Part shown: positions 51,566 to 61,920 of the stretch, one piece after another
How the letters are laid out: each line of letters starts with the position of its first letter
Position numbering within the stretch: the first letter of the stretch is position 1
NCBI GenBank assembly: GCA_963700285.1
Contig: CAVOXA010000010.1
Coordinates: forward strand, 160,001 to 224,000
Reading direction: 5' to 3'
Source of the DNA: an uncultured Chloroflexia bacterium
GTDB taxonomy: Bacteria; Chloroflexota; Anaerolineae; JAAYZQ01
DNA length: 64,000 nt
Program-made: the position numbers and the translations under genes
Notes under the pieces: model-generated
What the model was told of the DNA's origin: nothing
The model's database searches: none
The model's input: the letters and a program-made list of their open reading frames with translations, nothing else

Positions 51566-51717
51566 CCGGTTCCGTACCGAAGGCAAGCCTCCCTCGAGCG
51601 ACCCGGCCCTGCATCCCGGGCCGCGCGCGTTTCCCGAGAGCACGGTATTTTGCTTACAGACGGAACCGGCCAACGATGATAGGCTGTACGTCAATCAGCA
51701 ACCAGGAGTACCACAGG

Positions 51718-52776
51718 ATGTTAGACGTACGCATCGTAGCAACGGGCACGGCCAATCCTCCCTTGCGTGCCTCACAACAGGAGAGTTTTGACGTCTATGT
51801 TGAACTTGTCCCTCTCTCCGACGACGCCAGGTCGTTGTTGCGAAGGATCTCGGTGGAAAACGAGTCTATCGGTTTCCGCCACTTTGCCATGGACACACCA
51901 ACAGATGTGCTTCAGGACTCCCAGGACGAGCTGATCGCTCGATACAAAAAGTTCGGCGTACAGGTGGCCGTTGAGGCTGCGAACAAAGCGCTGACCGGGG
52001 CTGGCCTGACGCCTGACGACATCGATATCTTGGTGGTGAACACCTGCACCGGCTACCTATGCCCCGGTCTGACTAGCTACGTGGCCGAGGCATTGCCGCT
52101 CAGAGCGGACGTTCACCCCTTTGACCTGCAGGGCATGGGCTGCGGCGGCGCAGTGCCCAACCTGGAGACGGCCTACAACTTTCTGCAGGTCCACCCCAAC
52201 AGTAATGCCCTGGTCATTGCTGTCGAGATCTGTAGCGCAACCGTCTACTTTGACGAAGCGCCTGACATCCTCGTATCAAACGCGATATTTGGCGACGGAG
52301 CGGGTGCCGCCGTGCTAACCAACCGGCCCGGGAACGGTGGTATGCGCCTCAAGCGCTTCGCCGCTGGCCTGTTCCCCCAGGATCGACAGCACTTGCACTA
52401 TCGAACTGAGAACTCGAAGCTGCGCAACGTGCTCAGCATGAGGGTCCCCGTCCTTGGAGCCCGGCACGGCAAGGAAGTGATCGACCAGCTCTTGTCGCAG
52501 AATGGGACGGGCTACCAAGATATCCGGCACTGGATCGTGCACCCCGGTGGGGAAAAGGTACTCGATGCTTTCGAGCAGGCCCTTGACCTCCCAGCCGACG
52601 AACTGGCGCCCTCTCGTAGTGTATTGTACAACTATGGAAACATGTCCTCCGCAACGGTGATGTTTGTGCTGGAGGAAGTGTTGCGCAGTCGCTCGCCCCA
52701 GCCTGGCGACCTGGCCCTGATGTGCAGCTTTGGCGCGGGTTTTGGCGTGTATGCTGTGCTGCTAGAGTTTCTATAA
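51718..52776 (+). CDS. type III polyketide synthase
   Basis: Cys-His-Asn triad: GMGCGG, VHPGG and YGNMSS; also FGDGA and SFGAG. Confidence 0.93.
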   Translation: MLDVRIVATGTANPPLRASQQESFDVYVELVPLSDDARSLLRRISVENESIGFRHFAMDTPTDVLQDSQDELIARYKKFGVQVAVEAANKALTGAGLTPDDIDILVVNTCTGYLCPGLTSYVAEALPLRADVHPFDLQGMGCGGAVPNLETAYNFLQVHPNSNALVIAVEICSATVYFDEAPDILVSNAIFGDGAGAAVLTNRPGNGGMRLKRFAAGLFPQDRQHLHYRTENSKLRNVLSMRVPVLGARHGKEVIDQLLSQNGTGYQDIRHWIVHPGGEKVLDAFEQALDLPADELAPSRSVLYNYGNMSSATVMFVLEEVLRSRSPQPGDLALMCSFGAGFGVYAVLLEFL

Positions 52777-52796
52777 ACAAAAGTACTGTGATAGAC

Positions 52797-52824
52797 AAAG
52801 GCCGGGGGCATGCCCCCGGCCTTT
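52797..52824. terminator. bidirectional terminator between PKS and batE
   Basis: Perfect palindrome AAAGGCCGGGGGCATGCCCCCGGCCTTT. Confidence 0.8.
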
Positions 52825-52860
52825 GCGATCTGAGCCGCCGGAGCTTTAAAAAATCCTTTG

Positions 52861-53685
52861 CTAGCCTTCTATGGGCTCTATCGCGGCGGCTGGTACCCAG
52901 CCCTCCAGGTCGCCCCCAGACAGAGCCAAACGTACCCAGCTTCCCTGGGCCTCGACGACTCGCACCTCGGTGCCATCATGGAGCGTGAACTCGGTCACGT
53001 ATTGCGTGCCGGGCCCGCTGACGACATCCACCTCGGTAGCTACGATCACGCCCTCCGCTTGGTTGTTATCCACGTACAGATAGCTCCCCAGCGCCAGAAC
53101 GGCTACTACCAAAGCAAGTACCACGGGAACAAGGCCAACCTGCAGGCTTTTTCGCCAGGCGCTGCCAGCCCTGGCGGTGCTGATCACAATGGCCATCAGT
53201 ACAAAGAGGATCCAGGCACCCAGGGCTGCCATGGCAACTTCATTGAGGCTGAACCAGCTCTTCACCGATTGGCCCACGAAACTCAGAACGCCGCTGTTTT
53301 CGGCGGCTTCGAACTCGTCCACCGCCTGAGCACGAGCCAGCCCCAGGTTCGCCTTGATATCGGCGTCCCTCGGCGCAAGCTGTTGGGCACGCCGGTAGTT
53401 GACAATGGCCCGGCCATAGTCTCCCTGCTTAAAGTAGGCATTGCCCAGATTGTAGAACAGGGCGCTGTCGGCAAAGCCCTGGTCCACCAACTGCTGGTAG
53501 GCCTGTGCTGCCTGGTCATACTGGCCCATGTCGTAAAGCTGGCTCGCCGTGCTCATCGTTTCGGCCGCTGCCTGTGCGGAGCCAATGCTGGCCGGGGACG
53601 ACTTGGCCAACAGCAGCGTTTGGTTCGCGGCAAACAGGCCGATCATGATCAGACTGATCAAAGCAATCAGAACAACTCGTTTCAT
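52861..53685 (-). CDS. batE: BatE-like TPR + SH3b protein
   Basis: YNLGNAYFK..DYGRAIVNYRRA...ANL, two TMs and SGPG....EFTLHDGTEV...EGWV. Confidence 0.85.
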   Translation of the reverse strand: MKRVVLIALISLIMIGLFAANQTLLLAKSSPASIGSAQAAAETMSTASQLYDMGQYDQAAQAYQQLVDQGFADSALFYNLGNAYFKQGDYGRAIVNYRRAQQLAPRDADIKANLGLARAQAVDEFEAAENSGVLSFVGQSVKSWFSLNEVAMAALGAWILFVLMAIVISTARAGSAWRKSLQVGLVPVVLALVVAVLALGSYLYVDNNQAEGVIVATEVDVVSGPGTQYVTEFTLHDGTEVRVVEAQGSWVRLALSGGDLEGWVPAAAIEPIEG

Positions 53686-53753
53686 CTCTCGCCTCCTCAG
53701 CGTACAGCGCGGACCCAAGCGGATTCCACGGAACACGAAACCCGTAGCACGCC

Positions 53754-55559
53754 CTACAGTACCTTCTCCAGGGTATCGATCAACAGGTCGACTTCTTTCA
53801 ACAAGCTGGCTGCATGGTCCGGGCTATCGGCGCCGGGCGCAAATCGACCTAGCTCGCTGCTGACCAGAACAACTTCGACGCGCTCGATCAGCTCGGACGC
53901 GACGCCCTTGGCTGCCAGGGTTTCGGCCAGAGCTTGATGCGTCAGGCCCACCACCGGCCGGTCCAGCTTGTCCGCCAGATAGGTAGTCAAGATCTGGCCC
54001 GCGGCACTATAGGCGTCCCCTTTCTGCTTGCGCGCTAGGGCCAGGGCTTTCTTGGCTTTCCTGCGAGCCTGGGAACTACGGGCCAGGCCCAGATTGTTCT
54101 CCCAATATCGCTGCCTCCTCTGCCAGACCCAGTACCCCAGGACACCAAACACCGGGAAGGCCCACGCTGCCCAATACAGCCCCGACCGGGTCACCGGTTG
54201 TTCTGCTGAAGCGAATCCAGACGGCACCGGTTTCAGGTGCCGGATGTCCGTGGCCGCCTGGGCCACGTCCTCTTTGGCCCCAGTCACCGGCAGCGACGAA
54301 CCCACCGCCGCGTCCGGCTGCGCCTCGCCGGCTGCAATAGAGACAGAAATCGGCTCCGTACTGATCGTCTGGTATGTGCCAGCGGCAGGATCAAAGTAGG
54401 TATAGGCCAACGCGGGGATCGTGGATTCACCCTCGACGCTGGGTACCAGCAACCGCTTGTAGACGCGACTGCCCACAGCCTCGCCGTCGCGCACCTGGGT
54501 GTGGACCGTCGATTCAGACTCAAATTCCCGCCAGCCGGGCATCTCTGGCCAGACAGGATCTGGCATCGCGTTGAGGTTGCCCCGGCCGCTGAGTGTGACC
54601 TGCCAGGTCAAGGGCTCGTTCACCTTGCTCTCTGTAGCATCCACCGTTCCTGTCAAGGTGAACTGCCCCACCGCGCCATTGAAACCCTCTGGGGCTGTAG
54701 GCGGCAAGGGCTGAACGTCCAGCGCAATCGGCTGGGTCTGCAGCGTCGAGCCCCGGCGGAACAGGCTGCCCGGCACCGTGAGACTGGCCGGCTCGACGGT
54801 CACCGGACCGACGACGGACGGAAAGAGAATGGTACGCACCTCTGCCACCTGGTAGACGCGACCTGAAGCCTGGACCCTGTAGTCGGACTGTTCCGTCTCA
54901 TGCTCGCTCCAAAAACCCTGGAACGATGGGGCCTCGTACTGGGGTTGTCCAGCCAGGTTCACTGCCCGGTAGAAACGAAAGGTATAGACCACTTGCTCTC
55001 CGACGTAGGGCCTGGGGTTGTCCACCTCCGCTTCGATGAACAAGTCCTGTCCCCGCAGCTCCGCTGCCGGTGGCGCGGGCTGGACGGGCGGCGGTGACGA
55101 TTGGCTCTGGGGCTGCACGGGTTGGCCAGATGCAGGTGCGCCCGTCCCGGGCGCGCCCGTTCCCTGCACAACGCGCACGACGATCGGCTCCGTGCTAAAG
55201 GTCTGGCCGTTCATCGTCACCTGGATCGGCTCGATGACCAGGTCGCCTGCCTCATAGGGCTGCAGACGATAGAGATGGCTCAAACGGCTGCTGACAGCCC
55301 CATTGATCATGCTTATCTGCGAGGAGGTGCTCGTACCGATTACGTTGAACCCCTGCAGGTTCGGCAGCGACGGGGCCGGCGCGTTCATCGCTGCAGCATT
55401 GACCGTCACCGTTAGCGTCAGCATCTCGTCCGTGGACAATGATGTGCGATCCACCTGGGCGACAATGGTCTCCTGGTCCTGTGCGGCACTGATTCCCACG
55501 AATGACAGAAAGAGAAGGGCCAAGATAACAGGTATTAGGTACTTTGTTCTGGATTTCAT
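53754..55559 (-). CDS. batD: BatD-family protein
   Basis: Signal peptide, SQISMING, PYVGEQ and FNGAVGQF; C-terminal TM. Confidence 0.87.
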   Translation of the reverse strand: MKSRTKYLIPVILALLFLSFVGISAAQDQETIVAQVDRTSLSTDEMLTLTVTVNAAAMNAPAPSLPNLQGFNVIGTSTSSQISMINGAVSSRLSHLYRLQPYEAGDLVIEPIQVTMNGQTFSTEPIVVRVVQGTGAPGTGAPASGQPVQPQSQSSPPPVQPAPPAAELRGQDLFIEAEVDNPRPYVGEQVVYTFRFYRAVNLAGQPQYEAPSFQGFWSEHETEQSDYRVQASGRVYQVAEVRTILFPSVVGPVTVEPASLTVPGSLFRRGSTLQTQPIALDVQPLPPTAPEGFNGAVGQFTLTGTVDATESKVNEPLTWQVTLSGRGNLNAMPDPVWPEMPGWREFESESTVHTQVRDGEAVGSRVYKRLLVPSVEGESTIPALAYTYFDPAAGTYQTISTEPISVSIAAGEAQPDAAVGSSLPVTGAKEDVAQAATDIRHLKPVPSGFASAEQPVTRSGLYWAAWAFPVFGVLGYWVWQRRQRYWENNLGLARSSQARRKAKKALALARKQKGDAYSAAGQILTTYLADKLDRPVVGLTHQALAETLAAKGVASELIERVEVVLVSSELGRFAPGADSPDHAASLLKEVDLLIDTLEKVL

Positions 55560-55638
55560 GGTCTGCCTTGCTCCTCAATCGTGAATCGTGATGCGTGATT
55601 CCAGTTTTGCGTCTCACACATCACGATTCGCGTCCTCC

Positions 55639-56462
55639 CTACCAATCCTCCAGGGGCGGCGCGCCGGGGAAGACCAGCATCTGCTGCAGGGACTCCTCCA
55701 GACTCTCTGTGCCCTGGGCTGCAGCCTCGAGTAGCTGTCGGGCTTGCTCTTTGCTCAAGCCAGCGACCTGCTGAGGCTGGTTGCCGGCCTGTTCCTTCTG
55801 CTCCTGATCCTGCGGCTGACCATCCTGTTGCTGGTCTGCTGCTGATCCTGGTTCTGCTGGTCCTGCTGATCCTGGTTCTGCTGGTCCTGCTGATCCTGGT
55901 TCTGCTGATCTTGCTGATCCTGGTTCTGCTGGTCCTGCTGATCCTGGTTCTGCTGATCTTGCTGATCCTGGTTCTCTTGATCCTGTTGTTCCTGGTCTTG
56001 CTGATCCTGTTGCTCTTGTTGCTGTTCCTGCAGTTTCCGCAACGCCAGTTCCAGGTTCTGCTTGGCTTCCAGATCGTCAGGCTTCAGACGCAACGCCTCT
56101 TTGTAGACCTCGATGGCCATCTCGTACTGCTCGGTCTGGAAGAAAGTGTTGCCCAGGTTGTACAGGCTGTTTTGGTCCAGATCAGGCTGGCTTTCTTCGC
56201 CCAGTAGGGCCTGTTCGATCTCCTGTTGAGCCTGCTCATAGTCCTCCAGCCGGTAGTGGCTGTTGGCCGCGTTGTAGTGTGGCTCAGCCAGTTCGGGCGA
56301 TTCCCCCGCGGCCTGCTGATAGGCCACCAGAGAACCTGTGTAATCCTGATTCGCAAACGCTTCGTTGCCGTCGTTGTTCAGCCTCTCAGCCGACTGACCG
56401 CAACTGGCCAGGGCCAGCACCAGCAGCAACAGAGTCGGCGCGAGTACAATCAGCTTCTTCAT
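55639..56462 (-). CDS. batC: BatC-like TPR lipoprotein with Gln-rich tail (apparent indels in/after the repeat)
   Basis: LASC lipobox, YNLGN...YKEALRLKPDDLEAKQNLELA; the C-terminal EQARQLLE...EDW* ends at 55639 in a shifted frame. Confidence 0.82.
55841..55985 (-). repeat. 24-nt coding tandem repeat (QQNQDQQD)n, about 5-6 units
   Basis: GCTGATCCTGGTTCTGCTG(G/A)TC(C/T)T repeated. Confidence 0.85.
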
Positions 56463-56464
56463 CT

Positions 56465-57542
56465 TTATCCCTCCCCTTCTATTGACCGCTGGCCGCCGAC
56501 CATCGCTCGTGCATGGCCGCGCGCCTTCTGAGCTACCTTGGCCACGATGCGATCCGGGATCAACTCGATGGCGATCATGAGAGCCAGCGCCGCCAGCAGG
56601 AATGGCTGGAATCGTTCGATCCCCAGGATTTCAAGTTGGCTGGACAGCTCGGCCTTTTGTAGCATGTTCAGTTCTTCAACAAACGCAGCCAGCTCACTGC
56701 CATCCGCGCTGGCCCGAAAGTACCGGCCCCCGCCGACCTCGGCAATCTGCTGCAGTGTGGCCTCGTCGAGCTTGGAGAGAACCACTTCGCCCTGCTGGTC
56801 CTGCTTGTAGCCAATGATCTGACCCCGGGCGTCGTATTCTGGGATCGGCTCGCCCTGCGGCGATCCAAAACCAATGGCGTAGAGCATGATGCCCTGTTCG
56901 GCTGCCGCTTCTGCCATGGCCAGCGCATCGCCGCCGTGATCCTCGCCATCGGTGATCAACACGATCACCTTCTGGCTGGTCCGCGACATGTCAAAGCCGG
57001 CCATGGCCGTGCGGATGGCGTCACCGATGGCGGTACCGGGCCTCGAAATCACCTCCGGCCGGGCGTTGTCCAGGAAGGTCAGGGCCGTGCCATAGTCGGA
57101 GGTCAGCGGGAACTGGACAAAGCTGGCTCCCGAAAAGAGGACCAGGCCGATCTCGTCGCCGCCCAGCCGCGTCATCAGGTCGGCAATCTCCATCTTGGCC
57201 CGGCTCAGGCGGTCGGGCTTGATGTCTTGGGCCAACATGCTCTTGGACACGTCCAGGGCAACCATCACCTCGATGCCCTCCTGCTCGACCTCCTGGATCA
57301 CCGTGCCCCACATGCGGCCGGGCCAGCGAGATGAGCAGCAATGCCAGGACGACGAGCCACAGGCCATCCCGCCAGCGGCGGCCGCGCCAGTTGACCGTGT
57401 TGCTCAGGCGCTGCACCAGCGCCGGATCTCCCAGCCGGCCGAGATCCCTCTTGCGCCGCCGGGCCGCCCACACCAGAAAGAGACCCATCAGCGGCAGTAG
57501 TGTCAACAATCCGTACAAGAAAACCGGTTGTGCGAAAGTCAT
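56465..57542 (-). CDS. batB: BatB-like vWA protein (frameshift ~57315)
   Basis: MTFAQP...LARP, DVSKSM (MIDAS), PLTSD and ITDGEDH. Confidence 0.87.
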
Positions 57543-57645
57543 AGTTACCCATCCTTTTCCGTCTTGCTCAGAGCATCGTGTTGCGTGATTCGTGGTCCGT
57601 GACCTGTGGACATGTTGGGCGTCACACGCACCACGTGCCACGTAC

Positions 57646-58655
57646 CTACGGCAGTTTCCTAAACAGCGTTTTCCGCAGGAACGCCTCGCTCACGACGAGC
57701 CCCAGGGCAGGCAAAAGCAGCCAGCCCATCAGTTCCTGGTAGCGGGTAAAACGTTCTACCTCTATCTGAGATTTCTCCAGGCTGTCGATCTCGTCATAGA
57801 TCTGCTTTCAGTCCCGCTGTATCCTCCGCCCGGAAGTAGCGACCGCCGGTGGCAGCGGCAATCTCTTGCAGCGTGGCCTCGTCTAACTGGCTTTCCTGAT
57901 AAGTGATCTGCTGCCGGCCAAAAGCGTCTACTATGGGGACCGGTACCTGTCCAGGCCGTCCCATGCCGATGGTATAGACCTTGATCCCCAACACCTCGGC
58001 CGCTTGCGCCGCCGTCAAGGGATCGATCTCGCCGGCGTTGTTGACGCCATCGGTCAGCAGGATGACGACTTTGCTCTTGGCATCCGAGTCCTTGAGCATG
58101 TTGCCAGCGTTGGCCAGCCCCATGCCGATGGCTGTGCCATCGTCGATGCCCAGGTCGGTGGCCAGCTTGCTGCGATCCAGCAGCCGGATCAGCACGTTGT
58201 GGTCGGTCGTGGGCGGGCTCTGGCTAAAGGCGTCGCTGGCAAAGACCACCAGGCCGATGGCGTCGTAGGGACGTCCCTGCACAAAGTCGGCGATGACATC
58301 CTTGGCCGCCTCCAGCCGGTTCTGCGGCTCAAAGTCGAGCGAGGCCATGCTGCCCGAGATGTCCAGTGCCAGGGCAATGTCTACGCCCTCGCCCTTGATG
58401 ATCTCGCGGGCCTGCCCCGTCTGCGGCCGGGCGACGGCGATGACGATCAAGGCCATGGCCAGGATCCGCAGCGCGGTCAGAGTGGGGCGCAGGGCAATGC
58501 GCCACGAACGAGTAGGCTTGGCCGCCAGCTTGACGTCGGCGTAGCGCAGGCCCGAAGGCCGCGACCACTTTCTGGCCAGCAGAGGCCAGGCTGCCAAGAC
58601 AGGTAGCAAGCAGCAACAGACTGAGAAGCCATGGTGATTCGAAACGAAAGATCAT
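57646..58655 (-). CDS. batA: BatA-like vWA protein (apparent indels near both ends)
   Basis: MIFRFESPW, ARPQ, DISGSM, DGTAIG, LLTDGVNNAG and TGGRYFRA. Confidence 0.87.
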
Positions 58656-58659
58656 GAGT

Positions 58660-59696
58660 CTAACTCCTATTCCCAGATTGGTAGCTGAGCCGGCGTGTTG
58701 GCACAGGAGCGGCCGGAGGCTGCTCCTCAGTCGCAGCCTCAAGCTCTGGCCTGGGCCTGGTCAAGTCTACCAGCGAGCGAGCCTCGACCGTCGCCTGGCT
58801 GGCCGTTTCCACGTCCGGAATGAACTTGGCAAACTTGACCAGGTCAGCTGTCCATAAACAGGTCCAGAAAGCGCCGGGTGTGATCCGGGGCAAGGTCCGA
58901 CTGCCGCAGAATGGGCTTCAGCTCGGTCGTGGTCCGATCAAGAACACGCAGATGGAACTGATCCGCCAGATAGGTCCGCAGACAATCGGTTACCAGGGTA
59001 TAGTACTCCTTGGCGCGTCCCTGTTCCAGCAGGCCCAGCCCTTCTATGCGTGCCAACTCGTCGTAGGCCACCTGCCAGGGCGGGCGATTGTCTACGGCAG
59101 GGGCCAGGCCAAAGGGCTTGCCCTGCCAGCGGCGGTAGGCCCACCAGCCCCCCACGGCTGCGGCTGCTGCTACGAGCAGTCCGCCTGCGATCCAGGGCCA
59201 TACCGGCGGTACGGCCAGCCCCGCTTGTGGCTTGATGTCCCTTAGCTCCGTATCATCCTCGGCCAGCGTCGGGTTCACGGTCAGCCGGGCGGACGGGACC
59301 ACCTCTTCGGTCACCTGCCCGGCGCCGTCGCTGATGGTCAGCGGCAGTTCGGGCGTCTGGAAATCGCCCAGGTTGAACAGGGTGACCTCGATGATCTGGC
59401 TGTGTCGTTTCCGTACCATCGTCGTTGGCTACAGTGGCGGCCTGGGATTGGCTCCGTACCTCAAACTCGCCCCACATCTGCTCCAGTTTGGGGATGATGA
59501 CCTGGTAGCCCGCCGGATGCTTCACCTCCAGCGTCAACTGGACGGGGTCGCCCACGGCCAGCTCGCCCCTGTCAGGCGTCAGTGTCGCCTGCACCCCGTC
59601 GTCAGCTTGGGCCTGCGTGACGACCATGAGCGTGAGGGTGAAGAGGAGGAACCAGAAGGCTAGCCGTCTTACGTCTATTCTAACCATTCGAATCAT
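58660..59696 (-). CDS. conserved bat-operon membrane protein (DUF4381-like; apparent indels)
   Basis: VGDPVQLTLEV, LRDIK + TM, YY..LRTYL...TT.E and DLVKFAK. Confidence 0.75.
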
Positions 59697-59779
59697 TCCT
59701 TTCTACGGTTCACGGATCAGGGACTGGGCAAGTGGGGCCGCGAGCCCTCGGACTGCCAGAGCCCAGGTTCGCGAGTTCC

Positions 59780-60670
59780 CTAATGCCTAATCCGCTTGTT
59801 GCGCTTCTGAAAAAAGATGGTCAGCGCCTTGGCATAGTCCTGGTCGGTCTGGATCTTGACGCGGTCGACGCCCGCGTTTGCCAGGGTCTTTTGCTTGACA
59901 GCCTCGAACTGCCCAGTACGCCGGGCAAAATCGCTGCCGCCAGGCTGGGTCACTCGTGTCCAGCCACACCAGCTCGCCTGATTCGGCATCCTCCAGGGCC
60001 AGCATGACCCACGTCGGCGATCTCGGACTCCATGCGGGTCATGCAGGTCAACGGCGATCAGGTCGTGCCTGCGGTTTGTCATGAAAAGGGGCTTGCTATA
60101 GCGGTCTGGGTCATCCATAAAGTCCGAAACCAGAAAGATGATGCTCCGGCGTTTGAGTATCTGGTTGATGCTGTCCAGCGCCAGCTTGATGTCGGTACCA
60201 TTGCCCTCTGGCTCAAAGGCCAGCAGCTCGCGGATCAGGCGCAGCACGTGGCTGCGCCCCTTGCGCGGCGGGATATACAGTTCCACCCTGTCGGTAAAGA
60301 TCAACAGCCCGACTTTGTCCTTGTTGTTCGTGGCCGAGAAGGACAGCACCGATGCCAGCTCGGCTGCCAACTCTCGCTTGAACACGCCTTGCGAGGCAAA
60401 GTCGCCCGATCCGCTGGCATCAACCACCAACATGACGGTCAGCTCACGTTCCTCGACATACTCTTTGACAAAGGGCTGTCCCATCCGGGCGGTAACGTTC
60501 CAATCGATGGTCCGTACCTCGTCGCCGGGCTGGTAGGGCCGTACTTCGTCAAATTCCATGCCCCTTCCCTTAAAGACAGAGTGATACTCACCGGCGAAAC
60601 TGTCATTGACCAGCCGTCGCGTTCGGATCTCGATGTGACGGATTTTGCTCATCAGTTCGGTTGTTAGCAT
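59780..60670 (-). CDS. DUF58 vWA-like protein
   Basis: GEYHSVFKGRGMEFDEVRPYQPGDEVRTIDWNVTAR and EERE. Confidence 0.92.
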   Translation of the reverse strand: MLTTELMSKIRHIEIRTRRLVNDSFAGEYHSVFKGRGMEFDEVRPYQPGDEVRTIDWNVTARMGQPFVKEYVEERELTVMLVVDASGSGDFASQGVFKRELAAELASVLSFSATNNKDKVGLLIFTDRVELYIPPRKGRSHVLRLIRELLAFEPEGNGTDIKLALDSINQILKRRSIIFLVSDFMDDPDRYSKPLFMTNRRHDLIAVDLHDPHGVRDRRRGSCWPWRMPNQASWCGWTRVTQPGGSDFARRTGQFEAVKQKTLANAGVDRVKIQTDQDYAKALTIFFQKRNKRIRH

Positions 60671-60805
60671 AGTTCACATACTCCAATTGCCTTGATGCGT
60701 ACGGCGTGTTGCGTGGTACGTACTGCGTGGTACGTGTTGCGTGTTGCGTGCTATGCGCGCGTGCCCTCATCGGCACGGGCCACGTTGCACGCATCACGCA
60801 TCACG

Positions 60806-61799
60806 CTACGGTACTTCGGTATAGTCCAGGATCCGCTGTACAATGTCGGCGCTGGCCACATTCTCTGCCTCGGCCTCGTAGCTGACAATCACACGGTGGC
60901 GCAGCACGTCAGGAGCAACCTCTTTGACGTCATCGGGTGTCACAAAGCCGCGGCCTTTGATGAAGGCCTGTGCCCTGGCTGCGAGGATCAGGTTGATGCC
61001 AGCCCGCGGCGAAGCCCCAAAGGCGATAAAGGGCCGCAGATCCGACAGGCCATTGTTGCCCGGGTTGCGGGTGGTCAGCACCAGGTTGAGGACATAGTTC
61101 TTGATCTTGTCGTCCACATAGACCTGCCGTACCATCTCTCTGGCTCGCAGGATCTGGTCTGGGCTGACAACCGGCCTGACTGGCGGCAGCGGCTCACCCG
61201 TCATGCGGTCAATGATCAGGCGCTCCTCGTTGGGCTTGGGATAGCCAACGATTACCTTGAGCATAAAGCGATCCACCTGTGCTTCCGGCAGGGGATAGGT
61301 GCCTTCCTGCTCGATGGGGTTCTGCGTGGCCAGTACCAGGAACAGGTCGTCCATCTGGTAGGTGGTGTTGCCGATGGTGATCTGCCGCTCCTGCATCGCC
61401 TCCAGCAACGCGCTCTGCACTTTGGCCGGCGCGCGGTTGATCTCGTCGGCCAGGACAAAGTTGGCGAACAGCGGGCCCTGGTGGACGGCGAACTCGCCCG
61501 TCTTCATGTTGTACATCTGGGTCCCCACCAGGTCGGCGGGCAGCAGGTCGGGCGTGAACTGGATGCGGGAAAAATCGGCCTGGATGGCCTGGGCCATGGT
61601 CTTGATCAGACAGCGTCTTGGCCAGGCCAGGCACGCCTTCCAGCAGGATGTGGCCGTCGGCCAGCAGCGCGATCAGTACCCGCTCGACCATCGATTCCTG
61701 GCCCACCATCACAGTGTTGACCTCGGCCAGGAGGTCGTGCAGAAAGAGCGCCTCCCTTTCCACCTGTGCATTGAGTTGCCGAATGTTTGCGATATCCAT
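60806..61799 (-). CDS. moxR: MoxR-family AAA+ ATPase (frameshift ~61610)
   Basis: EGVPGLAKT, RIQFTPDLLPAD, LADEINRAPAKVQSALLEAM and ATQNPIE. Confidence 0.93.
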
Positions 61800-61876
61800 A
61801 GTAACCTCTCCTCTATGCGATTTCAACCAAGTGGGTTGATGGTACTGGGCACAGCATATCATAGAGGAGGATACTG

Positions 61877-61918
61877 CGTCTTTAACCCAAGTTCAAGGGT
61901 TGCTTAAGAATGCTTAAG
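61877..61918 (-). promoter_or_regulatory. putative direct-repeat regulator site upstream of moxR
   Basis: Minus strand CTTAAG-catt-CTTAAG-N17-TTAAAGACG. Confidence 0.5.
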
Positions 61919-61920
61919 GT

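Noticed and set aside
21531-61799. Numerous frameshifts (corrinoid genes, mtmB, mttB2, SBP, permeases, ATPase, sulfatase, actB, batA/B/C, moxR) read as pseudogenes or programmed frameshifting
   Set aside because: They are single-base indels, often in homopolymers and sometimes compensating, spread across unrelated and otherwise intact operons. This is typical of long-read assembly error; short-read polishing would decide.
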